From Clostridia bacterium (GTDB lineage: Bacteria; Bacillota; Clostridia; Oscillospirales; CAG-272): DNA of 64,000 nucleotides. The position numbers and the translations under genes were made by a program. A model generated the notes under the pieces. That model had not been told where the DNA came from, made no database searches, and worked only from the letters and a program-made list of their open reading frames with translations. Below, piece after piece: positions 15,716 through 25,871 of the stretch; position 1 is the first letter of the stretch, and every line of letters begins with the position of its first letter. The stretch lies in the NCBI GenBank assembly GCA_017451485.1, contig JAFTOG010000020.1:13498-77497 (forward strand). Reading direction: 5' to 3'.

Positions 15716-17371
15716 ATGAAAGTATGTGTTATTCAGCCCCACTATTCCTTTGACGAAAGGGATGTGGACAGTTGCTTTAATGGAATTCTATCATTACTTG
15801 ACAAGTGCGATAGCAGTCTTGATATAATCGTTCTGCCCGAATACAGCGATGCACCTGCCGATGTAAAGGGAAAGAACGGATTTTACAGCTCCGTGGAAAA
15901 GTACGGAGATACAATCCTTGAAAAGGCCAAGAAAACAGCAAAAAAATGTAATGCCATAGTTTTTGTAAACTGTGGATACAAAACTGATAAAGGCGTACGC
16001 AACACTACATATGCAATTAACCGACAGGGTGAAACAGTCGGCAAATATTTCAAGGCACATCCTGCTCCCAGCGAGGTAAAGACAGATAAAGAGGGAGGGC
16101 ACGAGCTTGATGTGGATTACAGCTACTGTATACAAGAGCCGTATGTCCTTGAGCTGGAGGGCATACGCTTTGGCTTTCTTACCTGTTACGATTTTTATTT
16201 CTACGAGGGCTTTGCAAGACTCGCTAAGGAAAATGTGGATGTGATTATAGGCTGCTCCTTACAGCGTACCGATACTCATAACGCCCTTTCGATAATCAAT
16301 AAATTCCTTTGCTACAACACTAATGCATATCTGATAAGAGCCTCCGTTTCCTTAGGTGAGAGCTCGGAGCTTTGTGGGTGCAGCATGGTGGTTTCTCCAA
16401 AGGGAGATATGATTCTTAATATGGAAAGCAGGGTAGGACTTGGTATTTGTGAAATAAGCCCTAACGAAAAATATTTCAAGCCTGCTGGACATATGGGTAA
16501 GGAAAAGTCACATTATGAGTACATAGAGGAGGGCAGACGTCCCTGGCTCTATCGCAACGGAGGAGCAAGCGTTGTTCCCTTTGACGAGGTTATGAGGTAT
16601 CCTCGACTGTGTGCACACAGAGGATTTAATACAGTAGCTCCAGAAAACAGTATGCCTGCCTTTGGTGCAGCCATTGCTCTCGGAGCTGAGGAAATAGAGT
16701 TTGATATATGGTCGACATTGGACGGAGTATTGGTATCATGCCACGACAGCACTCTTGAAAGGGTCAGCAACGGAGAGGGCAAAATTTATGAAAAAACTTA
16801 TGCAGAACTCTTAAAGCTTGATTTTGGATTCAAGCACGGAGAAAAATTTAGGGGTCTTAAAATTCCCACATTTGAGGAAATATTGCAGAAATTTGCAGGC
16901 AGAGTGATTATGAATATCCATGTTAAAATATGGGATCATAATATGCCTGATCTTATGATAGAGAAAATAGTATCACTTATCCGTAAGTACGATTGCGAAA
17001 AGCATATATACTTTATGACCACAAGCGACAATGTTATAAGGCAGGTTATGGAATATGCACCTGACCTTAAGGTGTGTGTTGGATGGAACGGAAACCCCGA
17101 CCCTGTGTCTATAGTAGACAGAGCAATAGAGCTTGGAGCATACAAGGTACAGCTTTTTAAGCCGTATTTCAACAAGGAAAGCATTGAAAAGGCTCATTCA
17201 AACGGAATACTTTGCAATGTATTCTATGCTGACGACCCAATGGAGGCTTGTGAATATTTTAAAATGGGAATTGATACAGTTCTTACAAATGATTATTTAA
17301 CAATATATAACGCAACAAAGGATTTATTGAAAGAACATGAAAAGAGTGCTTATAGAAAATTTACCTCTTGA
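15716..17371 (+). CDS. fusion protein: carbon-nitrogen hydrolase (nitrilase superfamily) domain + glycerophosphodiester phosphodiesterase (GDPD) domain
   Basis: N-terminal half has the E-K-C triad context (VLPEYS, KAHP, FLTCYDFYF). C-terminal half has CAHRGFNTVAPENS, EFDIW and SCHD GDPD motifs. Confidence 0.75.
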   Translation: MKVCVIQPHYSFDERDVDSCFNGILSLLDKCDSSLDIIVLPEYSDAPADVKGKNGFYSSVEKYGDTILEKAKKTAKKCNAIVFVNCGYKTDKGVRNTTYAINRQGETVGKYFKAHPAPSEVKTDKEGGHELDVDYSYCIQEPYVLELEGIRFGFLTCYDFYFYEGFARLAKENVDVIIGCSLQRTDTHNALSIINKFLCYNTNAYLIRASVSLGESSELCGCSMVVSPKGDMILNMESRVGLGICEISPNEKYFKPAGHMGKEKSHYEYIEEGRRPWLYRNGGASVVPFDEVMRYPRLCAHRGFNTVAPENSMPAFGAAIALGAEEIEFDIWSTLDGVLVSCHDSTLERVSNGEGKIYEKTYAELLKLDFGFKHGEKFRGLKIPTFEEILQKFAGRVIMNIHVKIWDHNMPDLMIEKIVSLIRKYDCEKHIYFMTTSDNVIRQVMEYAPDLKVCVGWNGNPDPVSIVDRAIELGAYKVQLFKPYFNKESIEKAHSNGILCNVFYADDPMEACEYFKMGIDTVLTNDYLTIYNATKDLLKEHEKSAYRKFTS

Positions 17372-18122
17372 TACGCCTTGTGAAATTGCTTCTGCCTTTA
17401 AGGGTGCCAGGGTATACGATAGCTCCTGCTCACCTGAGGCAAGAGTATATTATATCGATACGGGTGAAGGGTTTTATCTTAAAACTGCCAAAAAAGGTAC
17501 ACTCAGCAGAGAGGCAGAAATGTCAGAGTATTTTTATAAAAAGGGGCTCTCACAGGGAGTAGCATCCTATGTTTCTCTTGAAAGGGATTGGCTCCTTACA
17601 AGAAAAGTTGCCGGTGAGGATTGCACACATTCCGCATATTTGTCAAATCCCTGCCGATTAGCCGATTTGATGGGGGAGATGCTTCGCCGATTACATAGCA
17701 TTGACGCATCTGATTGCCCTGTACAGGATAGAGTAAGAGAGTACATAGGTCTTGCTGAAGCTAATTATAGTACGGGCAATTATGATAGGTCTGCTTTTCC
17801 CGACAGCTTTGGGTACAAGAACGCAGAGGAGGCGTACAAGGTGTTCAATGAAGGGAAGCATCTTTTGAAAAGTGATACACTTATTCACGGAGATTACTGC
17901 CTTCCGAACATTATGCTAAAGGATTGGAGCTTTTCCGGATTTATCGATACAGGTAACGGTGGAATAGGAGATAGACACATAGATCTGTTCTGGGGGTGCT
18001 GGACCCTGTGGTTTAATTTGAAGACCAATAAATACAGGGACAGATTCCTTGATGCATATGGAAGAGACAAGGTGGATGATGATATACTAAGGATTATAGC
18101 ATCTGCCGAGGTTTTTGGATAA
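17337..18122 (+). CDS. aminoglycoside 3'-phosphotransferase-like kinase (APH family)
   Basis: 261 aa. Catalytic loop HGDYCLPNIM and IDTGNGGIGDRHIDL. Overlaps the upstream gene by 35 nt. Confidence 0.75.
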   Translation: MKRVLIENLPLDTPCEIASAFKGARVYDSSCSPEARVYYIDTGEGFYLKTAKKGTLSREAEMSEYFYKKGLSQGVASYVSLERDWLLTRKVAGEDCTHSAYLSNPCRLADLMGEMLRRLHSIDASDCPVQDRVREYIGLAEANYSTGNYDRSAFPDSFGYKNAEEAYKVFNEGKHLLKSDTLIHGDYCLPNIMLKDWSFSGFIDTGNGGIGDRHIDLFWGCWTLWFNLKTNKYRDRFLDAYGRDKVDDDILRIIASAEVFG

Positions 18123-18132
18123 AGGAGAAAAA

Positions 18133-19695
18133 ATGGAATATTCAGCCTACTATAAATACATTATCTCCGACGATACAAGGCTGTTTACAGTGGCTTTATT
18201 GCCACAGGGTCTGGGTAAATTTCCCTGTGTAGTGGTAAGAACTCCTTATGTTGATTGGCTTGAGGAAAAAACAGAGGAGTTTATTGTAGACCTTTGCAGA
18301 AGAGAGAGTGAAAGCTGGCTTGACCGTGGCTATGCTATGATAGTTCAGCATTGCCGTGGAAGAGGAAAAAGCGATGGAGACTGTGTACCATATGTAAATG
18401 AGGGTAAGGACTCAAATAATCTGTATGATTGGATAAGAGAACAAGACTTTTATAACGGAGAAATTTTTTTGATGGGTACAAGCTATCTTACCTCTGTTCA
18501 TTATTGTGCCAAGCCCTACGGAAAGGATATTAAGGGTGCCATTTTTGGTGTACAGGATACGGAGAGATATAATCTTTGCTATCGCAACGGGGTTCTCAAA
18601 AAAGACCTTCAGCCAAGCTGGTATGTCAGTATGTATAAGGCTAAATCCAAGATAAATAGGAATTATGCTGATAACTCATTTGAGATGCTTCCTTTAACTG
18701 ATTTTACAAAAACGGTTTTTGAAGAAGAAGTGCCCGATTTTGATAATATGCTTTTATCACCGAGAATCACCGATCCCTTCTGGCAGACCCATGCAGGAGG
18801 AAGTGATACAAGGGGAGCCACGGATAGACTTGATTTTCCCGTGCTGTACATAACGGGATTTTATGACATTTACACGGGTGGGATTTTTGATATGTGGAAC
18901 AGAATGGATGAAAATACCCGTTCAAAATCTGTCTTAGTGGTGTCACCCTATGACCATGGGGATGGATGCAATAAGAATACATTTGTGTTCAAAAACGGCA
19001 ACCGTAAAGAAAAATTCGGTACAAATTACCCGATAGATTGGTTTGACAGTGTAAGAGAAGGCAATGGAAAAAGCTTTGTGCGAGGCAAGGTAACATATTT
19101 TCGGATTTTTGAAGATAAGTGGCATACTGATGATTTCTATATTTCAAACAGCACTGTTACTTTCCCTCTTGGAAGTAAAAAAATAAGCTACATATATAAT
19201 CCTGATAATCCACCGAGATTTAATGGGGGTCTGTGCTGTAATTTCGGTGGTGCCGATTTTCAGCCGACGGCAAGTTGGAGAGACGATGTTGTATCCGTAT
19301 ACACAGAGCCATTTGAAAGCGATACAGTAGTACAAGGGAAAATGACAGCACAGATTACCGTAGCCTCGGATTGCGAGGATACCTGCTTTTATATGCGTGT
19401 CAGCATCGAAAAGACAGAGGGTGACTACGGCTTAAGAGACGATATTACCACTTTGTGTCACCAGCTCGGAGATTATACTCCCAATACAGAGGTAAAGCTC
19501 AACTTTATCTTTGATGAGCATTCATTTTTAATAAAAGCCGGAGAGAGGCTCCGTGTAGATATCTCATCTGCCAATGCAAATCACTATGTCCGTCATACTA
19601 ACAATAAAGGGCTTTACAGTAAGCAGACCTCTACCAAAATTGCAAAAAATACAGTTGACCTTTCAAAGTCAATGATTATTTTACCTGTTCTATGA
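18133..19695 (+). CDS. CocE/NonD-family hydrolase (S15 X-Pro dipeptidyl-peptidase-like)
   Basis: ~520 aa. GRGKSDG and nucleophile elbow GTSYLT. ATG at 18133 after aaaggag. Confidence 0.75.
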   Translation: MEYSAYYKYIISDDTRLFTVALLPQGLGKFPCVVVRTPYVDWLEEKTEEFIVDLCRRESESWLDRGYAMIVQHCRGRGKSDGDCVPYVNEGKDSNNLYDWIREQDFYNGEIFLMGTSYLTSVHYCAKPYGKDIKGAIFGVQDTERYNLCYRNGVLKKDLQPSWYVSMYKAKSKINRNYADNSFEMLPLTDFTKTVFEEEVPDFDNMLLSPRITDPFWQTHAGGSDTRGATDRLDFPVLYITGFYDIYTGGIFDMWNRMDENTRSKSVLVVSPYDHGDGCNKNTFVFKNGNRKEKFGTNYPIDWFDSVREGNGKSFVRGKVTYFRIFEDKWHTDDFYISNSTVTFPLGSKKISYIYNPDNPPRFNGGLCCNFGGADFQPTASWRDDVVSVYTEPFESDTVVQGKMTAQITVASDCEDTCFYMRVSIEKTEGDYGLRDDITTLCHQLGDYTPNTEVKLNFIFDEHSFLIKAGERLRVDISSANANHYVRHTNNKGLYSKQTSTKIAKNTVDLSKSMIILPVL

Positions 19696-19891
19696 AAATA
19701 TATATTAAGAACATTGGATTTAGATATATGTTACATGTGTAGTTTTAGTGATGCTTTTCAAAAGCACAATTGTAAAGCAGAAAAGAATAAAGTTATATTT
19801 GCTGTTTTCCGGGGTGTATTGATATTATTTATTTTATGAATAGCATTGCACTTATACGGAGAGTAATATCCGCATAATGGAAGGAGAAAAA

Positions 19892-20686
19892 ATGAAAGCT
19901 ATTGATTTGATTAACGCAATTAACGAGGGTGGCTACGCCGACAAGGTGACCTGTGATACTATTAAAGCAGGCAGTCCTGACAGGGAGCTGCACAAGGTTG
20001 CCATAACAATGTTTGCAACGGTGGATACCGTAAAAAAGGCTATGGAATGGGGAGCCGATATGCTTATAGTTCACGAGCCTACCTACTATGACCATATGGA
20101 GGTTGTAAGGGAGGAAACCCCTGTAATAAGAGCAAAGAGAGAGCTTATTGAAAAGAGTGGAATGACCATTTATCGCTATCACGACCATATGCACCACAGA
20201 GAAATAGACCAGATACCCGAGGGTGAGGTTTATTATCTCGGACTAAAAGGAACAACAGAAAAAACTCCATATTCGGCATCATACCTTTTTACTAGTGAAG
20301 AGCCTATAACAGCTTTGGAGCTTGCTGAAAGAATGGAAAAGAACTTGAATATCGCTCATGTACGCATAGCCGGAGCAAGGAATATCAAATCCACAAAAAT
20401 AGCCCTTTGCTTTGGAACTCCTGGTGGAGTGTTCGATTTGTTGCAAAGAGACGATGTTGAAATAGTCTTAACAGGTGAAGCATGTGAATGGATGCTTGGA
20501 GAGTATGCAAGAGATGCCCACGCCCTTGGATTTAATAAAACTCTTATAGTTATGGGACATATAGGCTCTGAAAGGGACGGAATGCGTCTTTTGGCAGAAA
20601 GACTTAAAAAGTCCTACCCTGTATTTGAAACACGGTATATAGAGTGTGGAGAGGTTTATACTTATACCGATACTAAGGAGCAATAA
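19892..20686 (+). CDS. Nif3-like dinuclear metal centre protein
   Basis: HEPTYYDH and YHDHMHH motifs. ATG at 19892 after aaggag. Confidence 0.7.
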   Translation: MKAIDLINAINEGGYADKVTCDTIKAGSPDRELHKVAITMFATVDTVKKAMEWGADMLIVHEPTYYDHMEVVREETPVIRAKRELIEKSGMTIYRYHDHMHHREIDQIPEGEVYYLGLKGTTEKTPYSASYLFTSEEPITALELAERMEKNLNIAHVRIAGARNIKSTKIALCFGTPGGVFDLLQRDDVEIVLTGEACEWMLGEYARDAHALGFNKTLIVMGHIGSERDGMRLLAERLKKSYPVFETRYIECGEVYTYTDTKEQ

Positions 20687-20687
20687 T

Positions 20688-21410
20688 ATGAAGCCGATTA
20701 TAGGATTGACTCCATCTGTACAGGAGGATGGCTCCGTATCCCTGCTTGAAGCGTACTCGAGAGCTATTGAACAGGCCGGTGGCATTCCAATTTTACTTCC
20801 GTATGTGAAAAATAGTGACACTTTGGACGGGTATACAGATATATGCGACGGCTTTTTCTTTACAGGAGGCGTGGATGTGTCCCCGGAGCTTTATGGAGAA
20901 GACAAAAGAAAAACCTGTGGCAACACCCAACCGTTGCGTGATGAAATGGAGCTTTACATTCTTGAAAAAGCTTTACAATTGGATAAGCCTATTCTTGCAG
21001 TATGCCGTGGTGTACAGATTCTCAATGTGGCACTTGGAGGCTCGCTGTATCAGGATATACCGACAGAGATTAAAACTGATATAAATCATGTACAAAAGGA
21101 AAGCAGATTCGAGCCCTCCCATAGTGTGACAATTTATAAAAACACCCCTCTTGAACAATTGATCGGAAAGGGTGAAATGATAGCCAACAGCTTTCATCAT
21201 CAGGCTATAAAGGCTCTTGGCAATGACCTTTCTGTAATGGCTAAGGCAGATGACGGAATTATAGAAGCCGTATACATGGAGGATAAAAAGTATATTCGTG
21301 GGTATCAGTGGCATCCGGAAAGGCTGTGCTTTACCAATGATGATAACAAAAAGATTTTTCTGGAATTTATTAAGGCTGCAGATAACAGCAGGAGGATAAT
21401 CAATGACTAA
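20688..21410 (+). CDS. gamma-glutamyl-GABA hydrolase-like class I glutamine amidotransferase (peptidase C26)
   Basis: CRGVQILNVALGG nucleophile, FHHQAI, WHPE. Confidence 0.8.
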   Translation: MKPIIGLTPSVQEDGSVSLLEAYSRAIEQAGGIPILLPYVKNSDTLDGYTDICDGFFFTGGVDVSPELYGEDKRKTCGNTQPLRDEMELYILEKALQLDKPILAVCRGVQILNVALGGSLYQDIPTEIKTDINHVQKESRFEPSHSVTIYKNTPLEQLIGKGEMIANSFHHQAIKALGNDLSVMAKADDGIIEAVYMEDKKYIRGYQWHPERLCFTNDDNKKIFLEFIKAADNSRRIIND

Positions 21411-22422
21411 AAAGAGAAGGGCTTTAAGAGTAATAGGAATAATTTTAGCTGTTTTATGCGTATTTTTTGCGGTGATAAATATTATTCCTCCAAAAAAGAA
21501 TGTAGAGAGCAATCCATTTATTGTTGGGGAAGGAGAGCTCCCTATGATAGCTGCCCACAGAGGTGGAGGAGCATGTAATCCGGAAAATACTATGCTTGCA
21601 TTTAGGGAAGCAGTAAAAACCTATAATGTCGAAATCATAGAGAGTGATCTGTTTTTAACTAAGGATGGGTACCTTGTGTATAATCATGATGATTATATTG
21701 ATGAAACCTGTAACATAAACGGTAATATCAGTCTGGACGAGGTAAAGACCCTTTGCGAGGACGAGTCAAAGCGACACTACATTAAGGATATGACCCTTGC
21801 TGAGCTTCAAATGTATAATTTTGGATACTATTTTGAGAACAAAAGTGGAGAAAGAATTTATAAGGATGAGACAAATCCTCAGTCCAAGGGACTACAGATA
21901 GCTACTGTAGAACAGCTCTTTGAGGAGTTTTATGAAAGCAATCCGGAGCTTTTATTCATTGTTGAGATAAAGGACAGTGGAGAAAGGGGATATGAGGCTT
22001 GCAGAATCCTCTACGAAACTCTTAAAAGATATCCGGAATATAAGGACCGGATAGTAGTAGGTACATTCCACGATGAAATAGAAGCAGAGCTTAAGGCAAA
22101 ATATCCTGATATACATAGGGGTGCACCCATGGGTACGGCTGCAAGCTTTATCATAACACAGATGTTTAAGGTCAATATATTTGACAACGGAGATTTTACC
22201 TGCCTGCAGGTACCTACCGATTACGATGTGGGAATTACATTGAATCTGGCTAAGTCCACATATATAGACCGTGCCCACAGAAGAAATATAGCCGTTCAGT
22301 ATTGGACTATTAATGACGAGGAAACAATGAGAGAGCTTATAGAATTGGGATGCGATTGTATTATGACAGATGACCCGGAGCTCCTTAAGAGTGTTCTTGA
22401 CGATTACAGAAGCAGAGGATAA
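21403..22422 (+). CDS. membrane-anchored glycerophosphodiester phosphodiesterase
   Basis: N-terminal TM helix, then IAAHRGGGACNPENT, ESDLF and YNHD motifs. Confidence 0.8.
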   Translation: MTKKRRALRVIGIILAVLCVFFAVINIIPPKKNVESNPFIVGEGELPMIAAHRGGGACNPENTMLAFREAVKTYNVEIIESDLFLTKDGYLVYNHDDYIDETCNINGNISLDEVKTLCEDESKRHYIKDMTLAELQMYNFGYYFENKSGERIYKDETNPQSKGLQIATVEQLFEEFYESNPELLFIVEIKDSGERGYEACRILYETLKRYPEYKDRIVVGTFHDEIEAELKAKYPDIHRGAPMGTAASFIITQMFKVNIFDNGDFTCLQVPTDYDVGITLNLAKSTYIDRAHRRNIAVQYWTINDEETMRELIELGCDCIMTDDPELLKSVLDDYRSRG

Positions 22423-22423
22423 A

Positions 22424-22846
22424 ATGGAAATAAAGATTTTTGACACCTTACCAAATGACGCCCTGAAAATACGGCTGGAGGTATTTGAGGGAGAGCAGAA
22501 TACACCCGACGGAGTGGATGAAATTGACTCATTTGCCACCCATCTTGTCTTGTATAACGATGGCAGAGCCATAGCCACATGCCGTATTTCAAAAACAGAA
22601 AACGATGGGGTATACCTGATAGGTAGAATAGCTGTTATTAAGGAGCTTCGTGGTCAGGGAATCGGCAAAATAATAATAAGCCATGCCGAGGAATATTTGC
22701 AAAAAAACGACTGTAAAATTGCGATTATCCGTTCACGCTACCAGGTAAAGGACTTTTACGCAAGATGTGGATACGAGATATGCTCGGATATTGTATACGA
22801 GGGAAAAAGACCTTATATATGGGTGAAAAAGAGCATATTGAAATAG
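22424..22846 (+). CDS. GNAT-family N-acetyltransferase
   Basis: IAVIKELRGQGIGKIII acetyl-CoA binding motif (R/Q-x-x-G-x-G). Confidence 0.8.
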   Translation: MEIKIFDTLPNDALKIRLEVFEGEQNTPDGVDEIDSFATHLVLYNDGRAIATCRISKTENDGVYLIGRIAVIKELRGQGIGKIIISHAEEYLQKNDCKIAIIRSRYQVKDFYARCGYEICSDIVYEGKRPYIWVKKSILK

Positions 22847-22865
22847 AAAAAGGTGGGATAAGTGG

Positions 22866-23726
22866 ATGAAAATACTGTCCTTTGGAGAAATAATATGGGA
22901 TATTTATCCCGACAAAAGCTGTATTGGAGGAGCACCTCTTAATTTCTCTGCTCATACAGCAAAGCGAGGAGCAGATTCATATCTTTTATCGTCGGTAGGA
23001 GATGATGATCTCGGAAGAGAAGCACTTTTGTGGCTGGATAGATTCGGCGTTAAAAGGGAGCTTGTCAGCACAATAAAGGATATGCCCACAGGAAAATGCA
23101 GAGTTTCCCTTGATAAAATGGGAATCCCGAAGTACATTATGGAAGAGAATACTGCTTATGACAGTATAGAGCTTACCGGTGAAGTTTTATCATCACATTT
23201 CGATGCATTATCCTTTGGCACTCTTGCACTGAGAAACGATAAAAACAGACACTCCATCGCCGAAATGCTTGAAAAACATATTGCAGATACAGTTTTTTGT
23301 GACCTTAATCTTCGTTACCCGTTTTACACAGAGGATACAGTTCGCTTTGCTCTTGAAAACACCAATATCCTTAAAATAAACGACATTGAGCTTAATTACC
23401 TTAGAAGCGAGATATTGAATTCTCGGGAGCTTGATTATTTTTGCATTTTGCAAAGGCTTTGCAGTGAATATAAAAGCATAGAGATAATAATTTTGACCTA
23501 CGGAGAGAAGGGAGCCTATGTTTACTCGGCATCAGACGGAAAAATTATATACCGTCAGGCAAAAAAGGCAGATGTTATATCAACTGTAGGGGCAGGAGAC
23601 AGCTTTGGTGCTGTGTTTCTTACGGAATACCTCTTTGGAAAGGAGCTTGAGACCTGCCTTGACAGTGCTATTTGCGTAAGTGCACAAGTAGTATCGCACA
23701 AAGAGGCTGTTCCCTTGGATATTTAA
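22866..23726 (+). CDS. PfkB-family carbohydrate kinase
   Basis: 286 aa. GGAPLNF N-terminal motif and C-terminal GAGDSFGAVF. Confidence 0.8.
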   Translation: MKILSFGEIIWDIYPDKSCIGGAPLNFSAHTAKRGADSYLLSSVGDDDLGREALLWLDRFGVKRELVSTIKDMPTGKCRVSLDKMGIPKYIMEENTAYDSIELTGEVLSSHFDALSFGTLALRNDKNRHSIAEMLEKHIADTVFCDLNLRYPFYTEDTVRFALENTNILKINDIELNYLRSEILNSRELDYFCILQRLCSEYKSIEIIILTYGEKGAYVYSASDGKIIYRQAKKADVISTVGAGDSFGAVFLTEYLFGKELETCLDSAICVSAQVVSHKEAVPLDI

Positions 23727-23755
23727 CCATTTTTGGATAAAATTATCTTATACAC

Positions 23756-23785
23756 TTGAAATTAAAGCGTTGCATATGTTATAAT
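23756..23785 (+). promoter_or_regulatory. sigma-A-type promoter for fucO-rhaD
   Basis: TTGAAA (23756-61), 18 nt, TATAAT (23780-85). Confidence 0.5.
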
Positions 23786-23823
23786 TATTGTGCTAATAAA
23801 AAATAATAAAGGAGATAACACCA

Positions 23824-24972
23824 ATGGCAAACAGATTTATACTTAATGAAACCTCTTACTTTGGCACAGGCTCCAGAGCAGTTCTTGCCGATGAAATTGC
23901 GAAGAGAGGATTTAACAAAGCTTTTGTTGTAGCTGATAAGGATCTTATCAAGTTCGGCGTAGCTAAAATGGTTACAGATGTTCTCGGCGATTTCCCCTAT
24001 GAGGTATTTGCAGAGTTCAAGGCTAACCCCACAGTAAAGAATGTAAAGGACGGCGTTGAGGCATTCAAGGCATCAGGTGCAGACTTTATCATCGCTATCG
24101 GCGGTGGTTCTGCCATCGATACATCCAAGGGTATTGCTATTATCATCGCTAACCCCGAGTATGCAGATGTTGTATCTCTTGAGGGCGTTGCTCCCACAAA
24201 GAACAAGTGTGTTCCTATTATCGCACTTCCCACAACAGCAGGTACGTCAGCTGAGGTTACAATCAACTATGTTATCACAGATGAAGAGTCCGGTAGAAAG
24301 ATGGTTTGCGTAGACCCTAACGATATTCCTGTTCTCGCAATCATCGATGCTGAGCTTATGGCTTCTATGCCTAAGGGTCTTACAGCTGCTACAGGTATGG
24401 ATGCTCTTACACACGCTATTGAGGGTTACATCACTAAGGGAGCTTGGGAGCTTTCTGATATGTTTGAAATTAAGGCTATTGAGCTCATTGCTAAGAACCT
24501 TCGTACAGCTACATATGAAGGTAAGAATATGGAGGCTCGTGAGAATATGGCTCTTGCACAGTATGTTGCAGGTATGGCATTCTCCAATGTAGGTCTTGGA
24601 TGCGTTCACTCCATGGCTCACCCCCTCGGAGCAAGATTTGATATTGCTCACGGTGTAGCTAATGCACTTCTTCTTCCTATCGTTATGGAATATAATATGC
24701 CCGCATGTGAGGCTAAGTACTGTGAAATAGCAAAGGCTATGGGCGTTGATGTTTCCGGTATGACAGTAGCAGAGGGTGCTAAGGCAGCTGTTGAAGCAGT
24801 TAAAAAGCTTTCTCTTGATCTCGGTATTCCCCAGACACTTCGTGAAATTAACATTCCCGAGGATGCTCTTGAGCTTCTCTCTAAGGATGCTTTCGCAGAT
24901 GTATGTACAGGTGGTAACCCCAGAGAAATCACAAATAAGGATATCCTCGACCTCTACAAAAAGGTATATTAA
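23824..24972 (+). CDS. fucO: lactaldehyde reductase / iron-containing alcohol dehydrogenase
   Basis: 382 aa. MANRFILNETSYFG N-terminus, GGGSAIDTSK, HSMAHPLGARFDIAHG. Confidence 0.88.
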   Translation: MANRFILNETSYFGTGSRAVLADEIAKRGFNKAFVVADKDLIKFGVAKMVTDVLGDFPYEVFAEFKANPTVKNVKDGVEAFKASGADFIIAIGGGSAIDTSKGIAIIIANPEYADVVSLEGVAPTKNKCVPIIALPTTAGTSAEVTINYVITDEESGRKMVCVDPNDIPVLAIIDAELMASMPKGLTAATGMDALTHAIEGYITKGAWELSDMFEIKAIELIAKNLRTATYEGKNMEARENMALAQYVAGMAFSNVGLGCVHSMAHPLGARFDIAHGVANALLLPIVMEYNMPACEAKYCEIAKAMGVDVSGMTVAEGAKAAVEAVKKLSLDLGIPQTLREINIPEDALELLSKDAFADVCTGGNPREITNKDILDLYKKVY

Positions 24973-24986
24973 TAGGAGAGCTTAAG

Positions 24987-25799
24987 ATGAAGAACATTCT
25001 TGAATCCAAGTTTTTGAACGAGTACTGTGCTACTGCCGCTAATATGTATCGCCTTGGATGGGACGAAAGAAACGGTGGTAACATTTCCTACCTTCTTACT
25101 GAAGAGGAGGTTAAGGAGGTTCTTGATACTGATAAGGTAGTAAGACTTATTCCTCTTGGCTTTGATGCAAAGGAGCTTGCAGGAAAGTATTTCCTTGTAA
25201 GTGGAACAGGTAAATATTTTAAGAATTTTGTTGGCGACCCTGAGAACAATGTTGGCGTATTCAGAATTTCTGCAGACGGACAGAATGCAGAGCTCCTTTG
25301 GGGCTATGCAGACGGGGGCAGATTTACAAGTGAGCTTCCTGCTCATCTTATGAGCCATATTGCAAGACTCAGAGTAGACCCCACAAACAGAGTTGTTATG
25401 CACACTCACCCCACCAACCTTCTTGCTATGACATATATGTTTGATCTTGATACAGTTAAGTTCACACATAAGCTCTGGCAGATGAACACAGAGTGTATTG
25501 TTGTATTCCCTGACGGCGTTGAGGTTCTTCCTTGGATGCTTTGCGGTACTAACGAAATCGGTGAGGCAACAGCTGAAAAGATTGCACTTTCCCGTACTGT
25601 TATCTGGTCAATGCACGGTATTTACTGTGCAGGTCACGACCTGGATGAGACCTTTGGTCTTGTTGAAACAGTAGAGAAGGCTGCTCAGATCTATATGATG
25701 ACAGAGGCTTGCGGTGGAGCTAAGAATCTTATCTCCGATGACCAGCTTAAGCTTCTTGCAAAGAGATTCAATCTCACATACAGAGACGGTGTTATTTAA
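24987..25799 (+). CDS. rhaD: rhamnulose-1-phosphate aldolase
   Basis: 270 aa. GWDERNGGNISYLL and MHTHPTN class II aldolase motifs. Confidence 0.85.
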   Translation: MKNILESKFLNEYCATAANMYRLGWDERNGGNISYLLTEEEVKEVLDTDKVVRLIPLGFDAKELAGKYFLVSGTGKYFKNFVGDPENNVGVFRISADGQNAELLWGYADGGRFTSELPAHLMSHIARLRVDPTNRVVMHTHPTNLLAMTYMFDLDTVKFTHKLWQMNTECIVVFPDGVEVLPWMLCGTNEIGEATAEKIALSRTVIWSMHGIYCAGHDLDETFGLVETVEKAAQIYMMTEACGGAKNLISDDQLKLLAKRFNLTYRDGVI

Positions 25800-25832
25800 T
25801 AGTTGTCACTAAAAAAGTAATACATATATATA

Positions 25833-25868
25833 AAAATCCCGACAAATATGCGTTTGCCGGGATTTTTT
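25833..25868. terminator. bidirectional terminator between rhaD and the DUF3021 gene
   Basis: aaaaatcccgacaaa..tttgccgggatttttt hairpin with flanking A and T runs. Confidence 0.7.
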
Positions 25869-25871
25869 ATA

